Assembly: GCF_036321535.1 (NCBI RefSeq)
Contig: NC_087447.1
Location: 51,834,001-51,898,000, forward strand
Direction of reading: 5' to 3'
DNA from: Camelus dromedarius
Lineage: Eukaryota
Length of the DNA: 64,000 nucleotides
Numbering within the stretch: position 1 is the first letter of the stretch; the number at the start of each line of letters is the position of its first letter. The notes beneath the pieces are model-generated. The model made no database searches. It was given only the letters and a program-made list of their open reading frames with translations, and had not been told where the DNA came from. Of the stretch, positions 51,821 to 64,000 are shown one piece after another. Made by a program: the position numbers and the translations under genes.

Positions 51821-53594
51821 GCCAGAACTATTATTTCTGCAAGTACAAAAACCAAAACGGAGAGTTATGATCTGTAACTGGGAACCAGGCCGAGGCCCAA
51901 GAATATGTGGTTAAGAATAGCTTAGAGAACAGAAGATTTAAATTAGCTCACAGTAAAAAGAGCGTATTAATAGAAACCCAGATATTAATAGTGATGCGCC
52001 TCAGTTAGCTGAGGAGGACCTTGGCCCGGGGCTCGCAGCATTTGAACATCACTTCTCCTGAGTCTGTGCCACGTGTTAACGAGCTGCAGCTTCAGGTACG
52101 GGAAGGGGTAAAGGATGTACTCAATGGTACAAAACACCAGAAAGAGGACCTGCACAGGTATGCCCTACAGTCCAGCTTAAAAAAGTTAAGAAAGCCCAGT
52201 AGGGAGCTCTCTACATAAGGACAGAAATTTGATCTGCTTTCCCCCTAAAACCTTTTCTCTCTCTACACTGATTTTGTATGAAATTCTGCCATTGATCATT
52301 CCTTTGATTGCAGCGTTGAAGACCCTGTTAAAATTAGCACTTTGCTTTCAAGCATTTATTATATGTGAACCTCTGGGAAGCATAAGCAGTAACAGCAGAC
52401 AGTCCTTAGATTAAAAGGGCTTCTATTGTACTGGTGAACACAACTAAACAAAACACACATTCGCCTGTACAACATGTTGCAACAGAAATGACTTAGTAAC
52501 TGAAAGTCAGCTTTGCTACTTATGTACTTGGAATCTTTCAAACCACTAAGCTTCACCTATAAAATGAAGATGGCAATCCTGACAGCGTTACTGCGAGAAC
52601 CAGAAGTGAAAGGCTGTTTTTTTTTTTTTTTGTTTCCCTAAATATGGAATGTAAACTTCATATACATAAACTTACCTATAAAGTTCTGTTAGAGTATAAA
52701 AGTGGGAAAGTTTACATTTGATATGAGAACAGTTTAAGAAAGGAGGAAGCATTTGAACTAGCCTTCAAACACACGGTTAAGAGAGTAAATTAATTACACC
52801 AAAAGTAATAATTTCTTTAACACAACTTCATTGAGCCACTGCTGCTTTGTGTCAGCCCCTGGGCTAGGGAGTGCATGTCATTAACTTGGTACTGGTTATT
52901 ACACTGCTTTTATATTGCCTCGATACACGTGTTTATTTATTAATTCTTCCCACAAACACCTAAGATGCAATTCCTTTACCAGAGTAGCCAGACACCTAGG
53001 AAGCCTGACACACTTGGACTCAGGGAGAGGGGCTAGTCAGACGGGGGGTGGTGGGTCCTGAGAGAGGTTCCTACCAGAAGCTCAGTCAGGCTAGGTCAGG
53101 CTGAGGCCAGACATCTGAGACCCCGAGATGGGGTGGGAGGCACAAGGACAGAGGCATAAGAGTTCTATTGACACCATTTCATCTAGTAAATAATGCTGTG
53201 CAGTCCTGGAGCTACCGACAGAAATCAGCTTCAAGCTTTGCTGCAAGGGACTAAGTCTACCAACTTCCTTCCCAACCCTAGGCTTGGAAACAATTCTTTT
53301 TCCATGTCTTTGTCACGAGGCAGAACATTATATAAGATGCCCTGAACCTAATGAACGCCACAATCAACTGAATGTCCCCTCGTGTTTACTGTAAGCTCTG
53401 AGCCAGGCTGTCTTGTGAAGGAAGGGAGGGGAGGAGGAGGAGGGGGAACAGGAGGAGGAGAAGGAAGGAGAGAAGGAGGAGAAGAAGAGGGGGAGGAAAA
53501 ATTATTTGCCTATAATTCTTCAATAAGAAAATATAAGGAAAGAAAGAGGGAGGTTATTTTGGGGTTGCTCCAAGCTGTGTGGTATTTAGCATGA

Positions 53595-53810
53595 GAATAA
53601 TAACTAAATACATTTACTCTATGCCAGGCACTGAACTATACACTTTATATATATATTTCATCCTTACAATCATCCTATGAGTACTTACTCTTATTATCTC
53701 ATTTTGAAGATGAAGAATCTGGGGCACGGAGCAGCTAAGTAACTTAAATGCAGATATAAAGCTCTGAAGTACCAAAGACAGGACTTCTGATTCTGTCTGC
53801 AGGGCTCTTC
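53595..53810 (-). mobile_element. MIR SINE
   Basis: tactctatgccaggcactg…ttattatctcattttgaagatgaagaatctggggcac…taagtaactt. Confidence 0.8.
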
Positions 53811-55319
53811 TTGCTAACAAAGGCTTCCGCTCTCAAATTCAGACCTGCCGTACATCTCTCAGCTAGGGATTTCTGCATCTCTTGAGGTCTGAAATATTAC
53901 GACTCTCAGTGAAGGTGATAGAAGCAGGAACAGAAAATAAGACATTATCATATAATATATGGTTTCGTGTTGAATCTTATAATTAGAGAACTTTTTTGTA
54001 GTGATCTATCAGGAAACCTGGGTTCAATCCTAGTCTTCTGTTTATCAAGTGATCCCAGGAAAGTTCTGTGACCTCTCCAAGACTCATGAAGGAAGCATCA
54101 CCTGCTATTTATCTTATGAGGTCGTCATGAGAATCAGATGTGTATGAGCGTTGGCGTGTTGGCTTTGGAACCACTCTGAAGAACTTTTTTTTTTTTTAAG
54201 TTCTTCAAATGGTTTGGATCAAAGCAGCTGCCAGATAAACAAAGTGTTACCCACTTAAAAAAAAAAAAACAGATACTCCTGAGACTGGATGAGAATTCCG
54301 GATTGTTGGGAATATTAATAGCCACTCCTGCTTTACTTGTGAGCCTTGTGTAAAGCACCTCATGTGATTCCTGTTGACTCAGATGCTCAGTGAATGGTTC
54401 TTTCCTTGCTCCCTCCTGGTAAACACACCCCTGTCCCGGGCTTTGTGCTTTTGTGGGTGACTTACGTGGGACTTGATACTCCATAGGCAAAGGAACAATC
54501 CAGTGAGGAACAGAAAAAGAACTGCCTGGTACTCCCCCATCTCAGGATCACTGGGGTTCATGAGTAAGGCTCACAGCCTCCCTGTGATGCAGTTTCCCCA
54601 GTCCCCCAGATAGGCTGAGTCATTTGTTCAGGGTACACCATGGAGTCCCGCCAAGTGCAGATGAACTATCTATGGGGCACGTGCCAAGCTATGCCGGGAG
54701 CAGGCTCGTTACTGCCACAGTCACTACAACAAATAACAACAAAAGCCTCTAGATGCGGATTAGCATACAAAATAAACTTAATTCAAGAAGCACAGAAGAG
54801 ACCCTTAACTGCATTTCAATTTACACAGCAAGTGTCCTGGGGCCTCTACAGACAAAAGAAGACATCGGTGCAGATTAGCTTTTACTATGCCTCAGTGATC
54901 CTGCCCCCCCCCCCCCACAAATGAGCGAGTGTGCGCGCGTGGAGGGAATGCAGGGAAGATTAAGATTGCAGACAGAGTAACTAAAAGAACTCACAGTCTG
55001 GAAATTATGAGAGAGGTCTGTGTTCTATTCCTCACCGGATTATTCCTTAGCCTCTGGATTTAGAACTATCAAGTCCCATGTAATTCACCCATAAAAGCAC
55101 ATGGCCAGGAGGGGAAGTAAAGCAATCATTCCCTGAGCGCCTGAGTGAGACAGGAATCACATGAGGGACCTTACATAGGACTCACATGGGAGCAGAGTGC
55201 TATTAATATTCCCAACAGTCCAAGGCAAATCCATTGTGATGGTACTTGGAAGCCTCTTCTCCAAAGTAATACACAGTGTGTTACAACAGGGACAGAACAC
55301 GAGATACAGAGACCAGCAG

Positions 55320-55680
55320 TAACAGCCAGCATTTGAGCACCTGTAAGTTGGGCCAGTATTGCAGTAAACTCCTTACTCACGTACACTGTCTGATTTTCAA
55401 TACTCACAACCACCTAGGAAGTAGATGCTGTTATCTTCATTTTATGGATGAATGAACTGAGCTGCTTAAAGTGGTTAAGCACCTTGCCTGAAGCCAGTGA
55501 CCTGGGTTCAAGCTGCACCTCGATCTTCTTCTACCTGTGTGATCTCAGCCAAGCCCCTCAACCTGGCTGTGCTTCACTGTCCTAGCAGTGAAATGGAGAT
55601 AAGACCAGCCCTCCCTGCCATTCACTGAATGTTGCAAGGACTACATACAGAATAGTCAAGTGTAACGTGCATGTAAAAGT
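55320..55680. mobile_element. Two adjacent MIR fragments in opposite orientations
   Basis: cattttatggatgaatgaactgag (reverse core) is followed by cctgggttcaag…ctgtgtgatctcagccaag (forward core). Confidence 0.6.
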
Positions 55681-56509
55681 ATCTTGTCTTCTCCCAAGTA
55701 GACTGCAGTCAATGGCAGGCAGAGACCATGTCACATGATTTTTTAAAATCCCTAACGGAAGACAATAATGCATGTGCTGAATGATTGTGCATTCATAATC
55801 ACTATGAATGAGTATATCATATCAATACAAATGTGAATATAATGATTATGCATTCATCATTAGAAATGAACAAAAACTGTAGTTCTCTCTTCAACCTAGT
55901 TACTGAGCACCCACTTCTGCCTCTGGCATTGTGCCACATGCCTTGGAGAGGCAGAGGTGACTACAGGCCTTGGAGAAGGGCAGGAGTGCACTAAAGGCAG
56001 AGTGACTGAAGTGACCATGAGCAGTGAGAACTAATTCAGTTCTAGTACGGGTGGGTGTGTAGTGGCAGGAAGGGAGTGATGCAGAGAAGGCTGAGAAAAC
56101 AGGTTGGGACAGGCTACAGAAAAGCTCTAAATGGCCCTCTTAAAAGAATTTCAAGAGACAGCAGACTGAAGGAGCCACCCTAAGAGAACCAGAGAAGCAC
56201 AGTCAGAGGACGGGTGAGGGGACTAAAAGGGCAGAAGGAGGAGGGCTCTCAAGTGAGCTCAGAGCTACTTCTAAGGGTGCCCAGGGCTAGCTGCCTATAC
56301 GCAAATTTCCCCTTCTCTCTCCATCTCCCTCTTCTTCTCACTTTAAATCATAAATGGTCTTTTTCTTCTTCTTCTGTGCTTTGGCCTACCTAGGTTACAA
56401 AAGGCCCTGCTTTTAGGGTGTCCTCAGAGATATTTCAACTTCTGTTTTCTCAGCCATAAGATGGTTATAACACATCCCAGGATTATGGTGCAGATAAAAT
56501 GAGATAACA

Positions 56510-58130
56510 TATCTTCTCAACAAATGGGGCTGGGAAAATCAGATATTCACATGCAAAAGAATGAAGATGGACCTTTATACCATAAACAAAACCAAAAATG
56601 AATCAAAGACTTAACTGTAAGCCTGAAAACATTAAAACTCTCAGAAGAAAACATACAGGAAAACCTCCGTGATGCTGGATTTGGCGTTGATTTCTTGGAT
56701 ATAAGACCAAAAGCACAGATAACCAACGGAAAAACAGGTGAATTGAACTACATAAAAATTTAAAACTTCTGTGACTCACAGGACACAATCAAAAGAGCAA
56801 GAAGACAACCCGTGGCAAGGGAGAAAATATTTGCAGATCGTATATCTGATAAAGGGTTAATATCCAGAATATATAAAAATTTGTTACAACTCAACCAGCA
56901 ACAACCACCTGACTAAAAAAGGGGCAAAGGATGTGAATAGACATTTCTCCAAAGAAGATACACAAATGGCCAATAAGCACATGCTCAACATCATTAGGGA
57001 AATGCAGATCGAAACCACAATTAGATACCACTGCACATCCAGTGAAATGGCTGCTCTCAAAAAAACAGAAAACAACAAGTGTTTTCAAGGATGTGAAGGA
57101 ATTGAAACCCTTGTGCACTGTGGTGGGAATATAAAATGGTGCAGCCACTACAGAAAACAGTCTAGTGGTTCCCCCCAAAATTAAAAATAGAATTTCTACC
57201 CAACATTGTAAAATGACTATAACTCAATAAAAAAGTGTTTAAAAAAATTCCATAACATGAATGTATTAATAGATAAAAGTTTTAACCATTTATCTGTTAA
57301 TGGGCAGAACTACTCCTCTTTTCCCCCACAATTTAAAATAATACTGCAATAAATACAAAAAAAAATTGAATTTCCATATGACCCAGCAATTCCACTTCTG
57401 AGAGTATACCAAAAAAGAATGAAAACAGGTTCTCAAAAGATAAATGTATACCCATGTTCACAGCAGTATTACTCAAAACAGCCAAAAGGTGGAAGCAATC
57501 CAGGGTCCACTTATGGATGAATGGAGAAACAAAATGCAGTATATACACACAATGGAATACTATTCAGCCTTAATATTCCTTAATAGGAAGGAAGATATTA
57601 AGATATTAGTTAAGATAAGATATTATTAATTAAGATAAGATAGAATTAAGATATTATTAAGATGTTACTATTAAGATATTAAGGAATATTAAGAATATAA
57701 GATATTAATTAAGATATTAATATTAAGATATTGAGGAATATTAAGAATAAGAATATTCCTTAATAGGAAGGAAGTTCAGACACATGCAAGAACACAGATG
57801 AACCTTGCAAACTTTGTATTTGGTGAAATAAACCAATCACAAAAAGACAAATCCTGTATGATTTCACTTTTATGAGGCACTTAGAAGTCAAACTCATAGA
57901 CACAGAAAGTAGAATAGTGGTTGCCAGAGGCTGGGGAATAAGGGAAAAGGGAGTTACTAATGGTTACAGAGTTTTCGTTTTGTAAGATGAAAAGAGGTCT
58001 ATAAATGGGTGGTGGTGATGGCTGTACAATAAATGTGAATGTACTTAACGCTGCTGAACTTGTATACTTAAAAATATTCAAGTTAGTAAATTTATGTTAC
58101 ATGTATTTTACAATTTTTAAAAAAGGAGTA
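56510..58130 (+). mobile_element. L1MB-type 3' portion containing two later insertions
   Basis: ORF2 C-terminal remnant ([17 protein letters not shown]…[14 protein letters not shown]) and 3' UTR cacagaaagtagaatagtggttgccagaggctgggga…ggtggtgatggctgtacaata. Confidence 0.9.
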
Positions 58131-58479
58131 AGTTTCCAAAAATAAAAATAAGTTAACATATATAAAGCATTCAGCAAAAAAACTTGGCAATGAACCTTAG
58201 TTCCTTCCTCTCCCCCATTGTAATCCTTTATTTCAAGGCTTTTTTCAAGTTACCTAAGGAGTTCAGCCCCAACTAGTTTCCCACTCTGTGCCATTAAATC
58301 TGGCTGTGCATCCCAGGGTGAATTCCTTCCCTCACCGAGTTTTGTGTTTTTTTAAAACATTTTTTTAAAAAAAGAAAAAAAGGATTAAACTATACTACAT
58401 TCCCCCTTTCAACTCTAGAAATCAGAACACATTGAAGGTTAAAGAGATTAAGAATAGGCTAGCAGAAGGGATGAAAAGG

Positions 58480-59100
58480 AACATTTTTGAGCACTGATGT
58501 GCAAAATACTGTGATAGGGGCTGGGGGATTCACAAGTACACATACACGAAAGGAAGGTGGTAATTCCTGATTTGGGAGGAACAAATGGAGAAACCACAAC
58601 CTCTAGGTAGGTTACAGGAGAGAATAATTAACCACTAGGGAAATCCAGGAAAATCCACCAAAGAGGTGATAATTGAAGGGCCCTGATTTTTGAGGAGGGT
58701 TGTGAGGGATTAGAAAGAATCAGTCAGGTGGAACAGGGGCAGAAGGGCCAGCAGGGCAGAAGGATCAAGAAGGGTACCTGACAGAGAATGAACACACTAG
58801 TCGGGGCACAGTCCAGAGGAGAGGTGGAAGCCAGTCTGGAAAAGCTGCTCGGGCTCTGATTGCTAAATGCCCCCAAAGCTGGGCAAAGGATCTTGGATTT
58901 TATGTTGAAGGCAGTGGGAAGCACTGACAGTTGAAACTGGAGAGTGACAAGATCTGACGTGCATGCCACAAAAACATAATTTTGGCCACAGTGCAGAAGA
59001 GGCTAGGTTAAGGAAAACAGGAAGCTATTGCCATAGCCCAGACAAAACAGGATGAAGGCCTGAAGGAAGGCAGAGGCAATGGGGAAGGAGAGGGAAGAAA
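58480..59100 (-). mobile_element. L2 fragment, degenerate
   Basis: ttggattttatgttgaaggcagtgggaagcactga…gagagtgacaagatctga…ggaagctattgccatagcccag. Confidence 0.6.
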
Positions 59101-59655
59101 GCTCTCTGCCTTGCGCAGCTCCCATAGATAAAGGCAGGAACAGCACATGAACTCCAGAAGTTTGGCTCCTACAAATTATGGACCTTGAACCATGTTCTCA
59201 TTTCTAAACCGTTTCTGATGAATTCTGAATGTCCCCAGGTCCAGGGCAATCACTCAAAGGGAGGAAACTGGCATAAAAGTTAATCTGTTTCAGCTGCTAG
59301 GCTGCCCCCCACCCTTCTCGCCAGAAATAATGGAAGGCAGCAAAGGAAAAAGGAGCATCTGGCTGCAGTAAAGACCCATCCCTTCCCGGCTGGAGCTGTT
59401 GGCTCATCCTTGGAAATCACAACAATCAAGAATGGAGAATCGTTCTTTTCATCCCTTCTCACAGCATTATCCCAGCAACCTCATCCCCTAACAATGGTGC
59501 GGTTTGTGTTATGTTTTCCCTTCACCACTGCCCGTCCCCACCACGGCACAACGGAGATGCTGTGCCTCAGGGGCCGCAGAGGTAGTGAGCCTCACAGCCT
59601 CTGAATGCGTCTCAGAAAGAGCTGCACAAAGAATCAGATTAAAGAATACTTTAAG

Positions 59656-59670
59656 AACAACAACAACAAC

Positions 59671-59718
<48 letters not shown>
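59656..59718. repeat. (AAC)n-(TA)n-(CA)n microsatellite
   Basis: Read directly. Confidence 0.9.
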
Positions 59719-60169
59719 AATAAAATTTTTAAAAAAGAATGAACATTAAGTAAAAGGAATGAGGAAGACCATTTCCCCCCTCTATTAAACTAGCAAAAGA
59801 GATTTTAATGACATTTCCCAGGGGTGATAAGTGTGTGATTAAACAGACACCCTTGTCTGTTGCTCAAAGCTATTCGTTGATATGATGTGTTTGGAAAACA
59901 ATTTGGCAGTATTTCAAGAGCCTTAAAAATGTCCACCCCCTTTTGCCCAATAATTCCCATTTCTGGCAAAAGGAAAGAAAACTGTATATGCATGAACATA
60001 CATATTACGACACTAGAAGGGAAAAAAGTGGTAAAGTTCTTTAGTTTTTTTCTTTTTCTCCTCCCATGTCTTCCCCTCTTAACTTTCCCTTGGGCTTTAT
60101 AATGTTGATCTGTATGGCTCTTGACAGAACCAGAAATGATGCAGAAATTGCAATTTCTCATCTGAGTAT

Positions 60170-60223
60170 ACAACTTAAAGAAGGTCTGCTATAAGAACAA
60201 CTTAAAGAAGGTCTGCTATAAGA
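60170..60223. repeat. Perfect 27-bp tandem duplication
   Basis: acaacttaaagaaggtctgctataaga at 60170-60196 and 60197-60223. Confidence 0.97.
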
Positions 60224-60349
60224 AAATTTACTACATAACTAACCAAACTTACCAACGAGTTACACTAGAGGCTTTCTATTCATTTTACAGGATAACAAAT
60301 TATAATTTTAAAAATTCATTTAAAATAGTGAACTAATTTATACATTTGG

Positions 60350-61440
60350 TATTCTCCCATGTAATGGGCACTGTGCTAGGGGCTGAGGATTTAGCAGTAA
60401 ACAGTACAGACATGGTCCTTGATCTCAGAGCCTAGTACCTGGCAGAGATGTCAATAAGAAACTAGTAATTATAATAAGCATGATCAATATTATGATAAAG
60501 TGAAATATGGTGTGCTAGTGAAATGAATGGCAAGACAGGCTTATCCTTGTAAAGGGGTCAGAAAAAGCCAGTGGGAAGAAGTTAAGGAACCTGGACTTCA
60601 TCTTCAGGACCACAGAAAATACTGGAGTTTTTAAAAGAGGAGTGCTATACTTGGAATTTTGTTCTGGAAGGATCACTGACTGTGCAAAGAGCTGGAGAAG
60701 AGCCAAAACTAGGGTCTGGTACATCCACTGGGAGGCGATTATAGTCCCAGGGAGAAATGATGGTGGCTTGGTCCACAGTGAGCCAATGGAGAGAAAGAGA
60801 AGGTAATGCAGAAGAGATTTTTAACAGCTGGAATCAACTTCCTAGTGACTGCTGGAATGTGAGGGGCAATAGAGAAGAATGACTTGTAGGCTTCTGGCTT
60901 GAGCAAACTGTGACATCGATTGATGGCAGGTTCCCTGGAGCACGAGGAAATGTGGTACAGGGTGGATGATACTGAGTTCAATTTTAGACATCTAGAATTG
61001 GAAGTGCTTCAAGACATCCTTGTGGTACTGAACTGCAGGCCAAGCACTTGGTCCTCAAAGTGCACACGTGGGCTGGAGACAAAGCATTGGAAGCCATCAG
61101 CATACTGTCAGGATGGTAACTGAGGCAATGGGAGTCGATGCGATCATCCTTGTATTAAGGGTTTATTGAGCCTAGCACAGCACTAAGTGCTCTGAGACAG
61201 GAAAAAGGGAAGAGTTTTCCCAGATGACTCCTTCCTGGATGCCCTCCCACAACCCTAAGCTAATAAAAATGCTGCTTACCTCTCTTACTGCTTGCACTTA
61301 CCACTCTGCGTTATACTTGCTGGCTGACCTATCTCTTGTCTCTAGATTGTAAGTTCCCTGCAGGTGGGAACCATGTCTCACATCTCTTTATTCCCAGCCC
61401 ACAGCAGTGTCTGGAACACAGTATGCATGTTTAATGTTTG
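60350..61440. mobile_element. L2 fragments (minus about 60350-61140; plus 3' end about 61220-61440)
   Basis: ggcactgtgctaggggctgaggat…gagttcaattttagacat…gggctggagac, then ctagattgtaagttccctgcagg…cagtgtctggaacacagta. Confidence 0.7.
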
Positions 61441-62452
61441 GAGAATTGATGCTTTAAATTAGGAAATGCAGCAGAGATTACACTGTATGCCCTCTAACAC
61501 TTTTTGTTTTATAAACATTATGTTGGAGGAGGGAGAGACCATATGTATGTTTTAACCAACCTTTTATTTTTAAAGAACTTTTCAAAAGTACTCCACTTGC
61601 CAAAAAAAAAAAAAAAAAAGAGATACATTCTTAAATTGTGAAGTTATTCCCACCTCCTGTCAGGTCTTTGGTCACGAGCACACACTAGGTGTCCGCCACT
61701 AAGCTCTGGATTGCTCTGCGGCAGCCTCCTCTGGGACTCACGTAAGGGAAGTTCCTTTTGGCAACATCCTTGGTATGTTTGATCCCGAGTGGTGACTTAT
61801 TACTAGCACTTCTTTACTCGTGGTGTTGTGATGGAGGACAGTCTGAGAGATTTACACAGAGTTGGTCTCTGCCCATAATTGTGCCTACAATCTTCAACAG
61901 CACAGATTACCAAGAGAGGTTTTGGTGGAGGATAAATACAGATGAAACAGGAACAGGTAAGAGTAAATATTTATATTCCATTCAGACAGAAGATTAGGTG
62001 CATTCGAGCAGAGGAGAGAGACAGAGCAAAAGGGAATGTCAAGGGACTATAATGGTGAGAAAAATTCTGAGAAGGACTGGAGGGAAAGCAACAGCTAGTT
62101 TTCCGGGAGTCTGGAAAACGTAGAGGCGCGATCTAACACAGAAGCCTCCACATAAGGGAAGGAGAACATCACAGAGTCACACGATGGGCCAGGGGCTGTG
62201 CTAAGTGATTTATATTCAGTCTCTCATTACTGACTGTCATCCAGTGAGGTAGGCATTCTTAGTACCATTTTACAGATGGTCTAACTGAGGCTTAGGGGAG
62301 TAGCATAATTACACAAAGATCTCATGACACTCAAGTATTTCCAAACTCCAAGTTTGTAAGGCAAGAATTATTTATGCCTCTGGATAAAATTCCATAGGGA
62401 GGGTGTTTTTCACTTTGGGCTGTGATCAGTTAATCCCCAGTCACTGATTTTA

Positions 62453-62664
62453 CAGTGATGTGCTACGTTGGCTTCTATCGGCTCATGAAAACTGATTGTT
62501 AGATGTCAGCAATTCTGCAATTGAGCTGACTTCATCTCAGTAATTTGAACTGTCATGGTGAGTGTATTTACATCATGGAAGTTGGTAAATGCTACAAATG
62601 AAGGCATCACCATCATGTACATTTTTTTCTAATAATCTGTTGTTAAACATTTACCAGCACACTG
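62453..62664 (+). mobile_element. MER63A (hAT-Blackjack)
   Basis: cagtgatgtgct…ggctcatgaaaactgattgtta…gtatttacatcatggaagttggtaaatgctacaaat…ttgttaaacatttaccagcacactg. Confidence 0.8.
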
Positions 62665-63479
62665 CTCCTTGAGAACCTTAGAGATGAAAGGGAAATGACT
62701 TCCATCTCACTTGCCAAGTCCCACCCAAGTCCCATTTATTGGTTGTAGTGCCGGAAGACTATCCTGGGAAGCAGTCTGAGACTTCATTTGTGCTTATCTA
62801 TCACAAAGCACCTGTCAAAACTGAAGTGATGTCTCCCATGGGCAGGGAGGGGGAAGAGGCAGCAGCCATGCCTGGCACAGTCTAGTGCTCTAATTTCAGA
62901 GATGAAGAAACAGAGGCCAAGAGAGGGAAGGTGATTTACCTGAAGCCACATTGTGATTCAGTAGCACAGCTGAGGTTAGATGTCAAATAATCTGACTTCT
63001 AGTCCAGTGACCTTTCCAGGATGGCACAGAGACCACTAAGTTGAGGCACTCTGGACTTCGCTAGCATCTGTAGTAATAATACTGGGCAACATCGTACGCA
63101 CAATGACCACTAAGCAGGAACATGACAGGGGGCACACAAACACACAGTGAGGAGTAGACGAGAATAAATGCCTGGCTCATTCAGCCCTGAAAGTTTATGA
63201 TGCTAGGTTTCTAAGAACTCTTATCTGTGCTCATAGGCACCTTCTTCCTGACCACAGAAACTACTACCAACCTAAAATGTATGATTTCTAAGAATCTTAC
63301 ATGACTTAGCAACACCCTGACAACCACCGCCTTGTCCGTAGTCAAGTCAAGAGATGTAGAGATTATCCTGAGAGGGTGAATTTACCAGAAAACATGAGAT
63401 GAATAATATCATGAATAAAAGGGAAAAGTCACAATCACCTATTCTTATGAACTTCAGTAGTAAGTTATCACTAAACCTC

Positions 63480-63820
63480 TTTTGTTGATTTATTTTTTAA
63501 TCACTGTACTTTTGAAGAAGTAACATGGCTCAAGAATCAAGAGTTAAAAAAAACAGCAATGTCTCCATCCACCCATCCTGTTCTCTGCTTCAGAGAGATA
63601 ATCACTGTTATCAGTTTCTTGTGCTTCACTTCAGAGACGTTTTATGTATGCACCAGTAAACACACATAATATTCACCTTTTTATACAAATGGATGTATAG
63701 TATGATTCCATATCATTACAGAGAGTGTAACTGAGGGTCACTTTTTCCCATTTAAATTGTATCTTGGAGCTTATTTCCTTATCAGTACCCAAGAAGTTTT
63801 TCATTACTTTTTATGGAAGA
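63480..63820 (-). mobile_element. L1ME-type fragment
   Basis: ataatcactgttatcagtttcttgtg…cttttttccc…atcttggagcttatttccttatcagtac. Confidence 0.55.
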
Positions 63821-64000
63821 TGCTCCCAAGCTTGTGAGAGAGTCAGAACAAGTGTTGTTTTCAGGTAAACGTCTTATTTAAAATCATCGCAACCTGAGGA
63901 GGAAGCCATAGGAGGGCTAGCAAACACAAATACCATTCAAATAAGAAAATAAAGTAAGCTCATGTTGATAAACCTTCAAAGGGATTTTGTTTTTGCATTA

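Overview
This is mammalian genomic DNA inside the GAB2 gene, transcribed on the minus strand. The only supportable coding sequence is one 301-bp internal exon (24456-24756) encoding most of the GAB2 PH domain. Positions 24757-64000 are the upstream intron (intron 1 in the canonical model) and 1-24455 are the downstream intron. The rest is a typical eutherian repeat landscape: L1 and L2 fragments, MIRs, MaLR/ERVL LTRs, hAT and Tigger DNA transposons, and microsatellites. The youngest L1 3' ends and a short Tigger1 derivative look cetartiodactyl. I saw no Alu, B1, PRE-1, CHR or Bov-A SINEs, so a camelid is my best inference. I found no evidence for a new multi-gene system, and almost all ORFs in the track are noise or transposon remnants. 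The most notable details are a multi-layer nested transposon stack next to the exon, a small L1 3' transduction, a templated-insertion scar with an inverted copy of its flank, a candidate MEF2/E-box/GATA enhancer, and three perfect tandem duplications. Repeat family names come from recalled consensus sequences, not a search. Repeat boundaries are approximate unless a target-site duplication (TSD) is cited.
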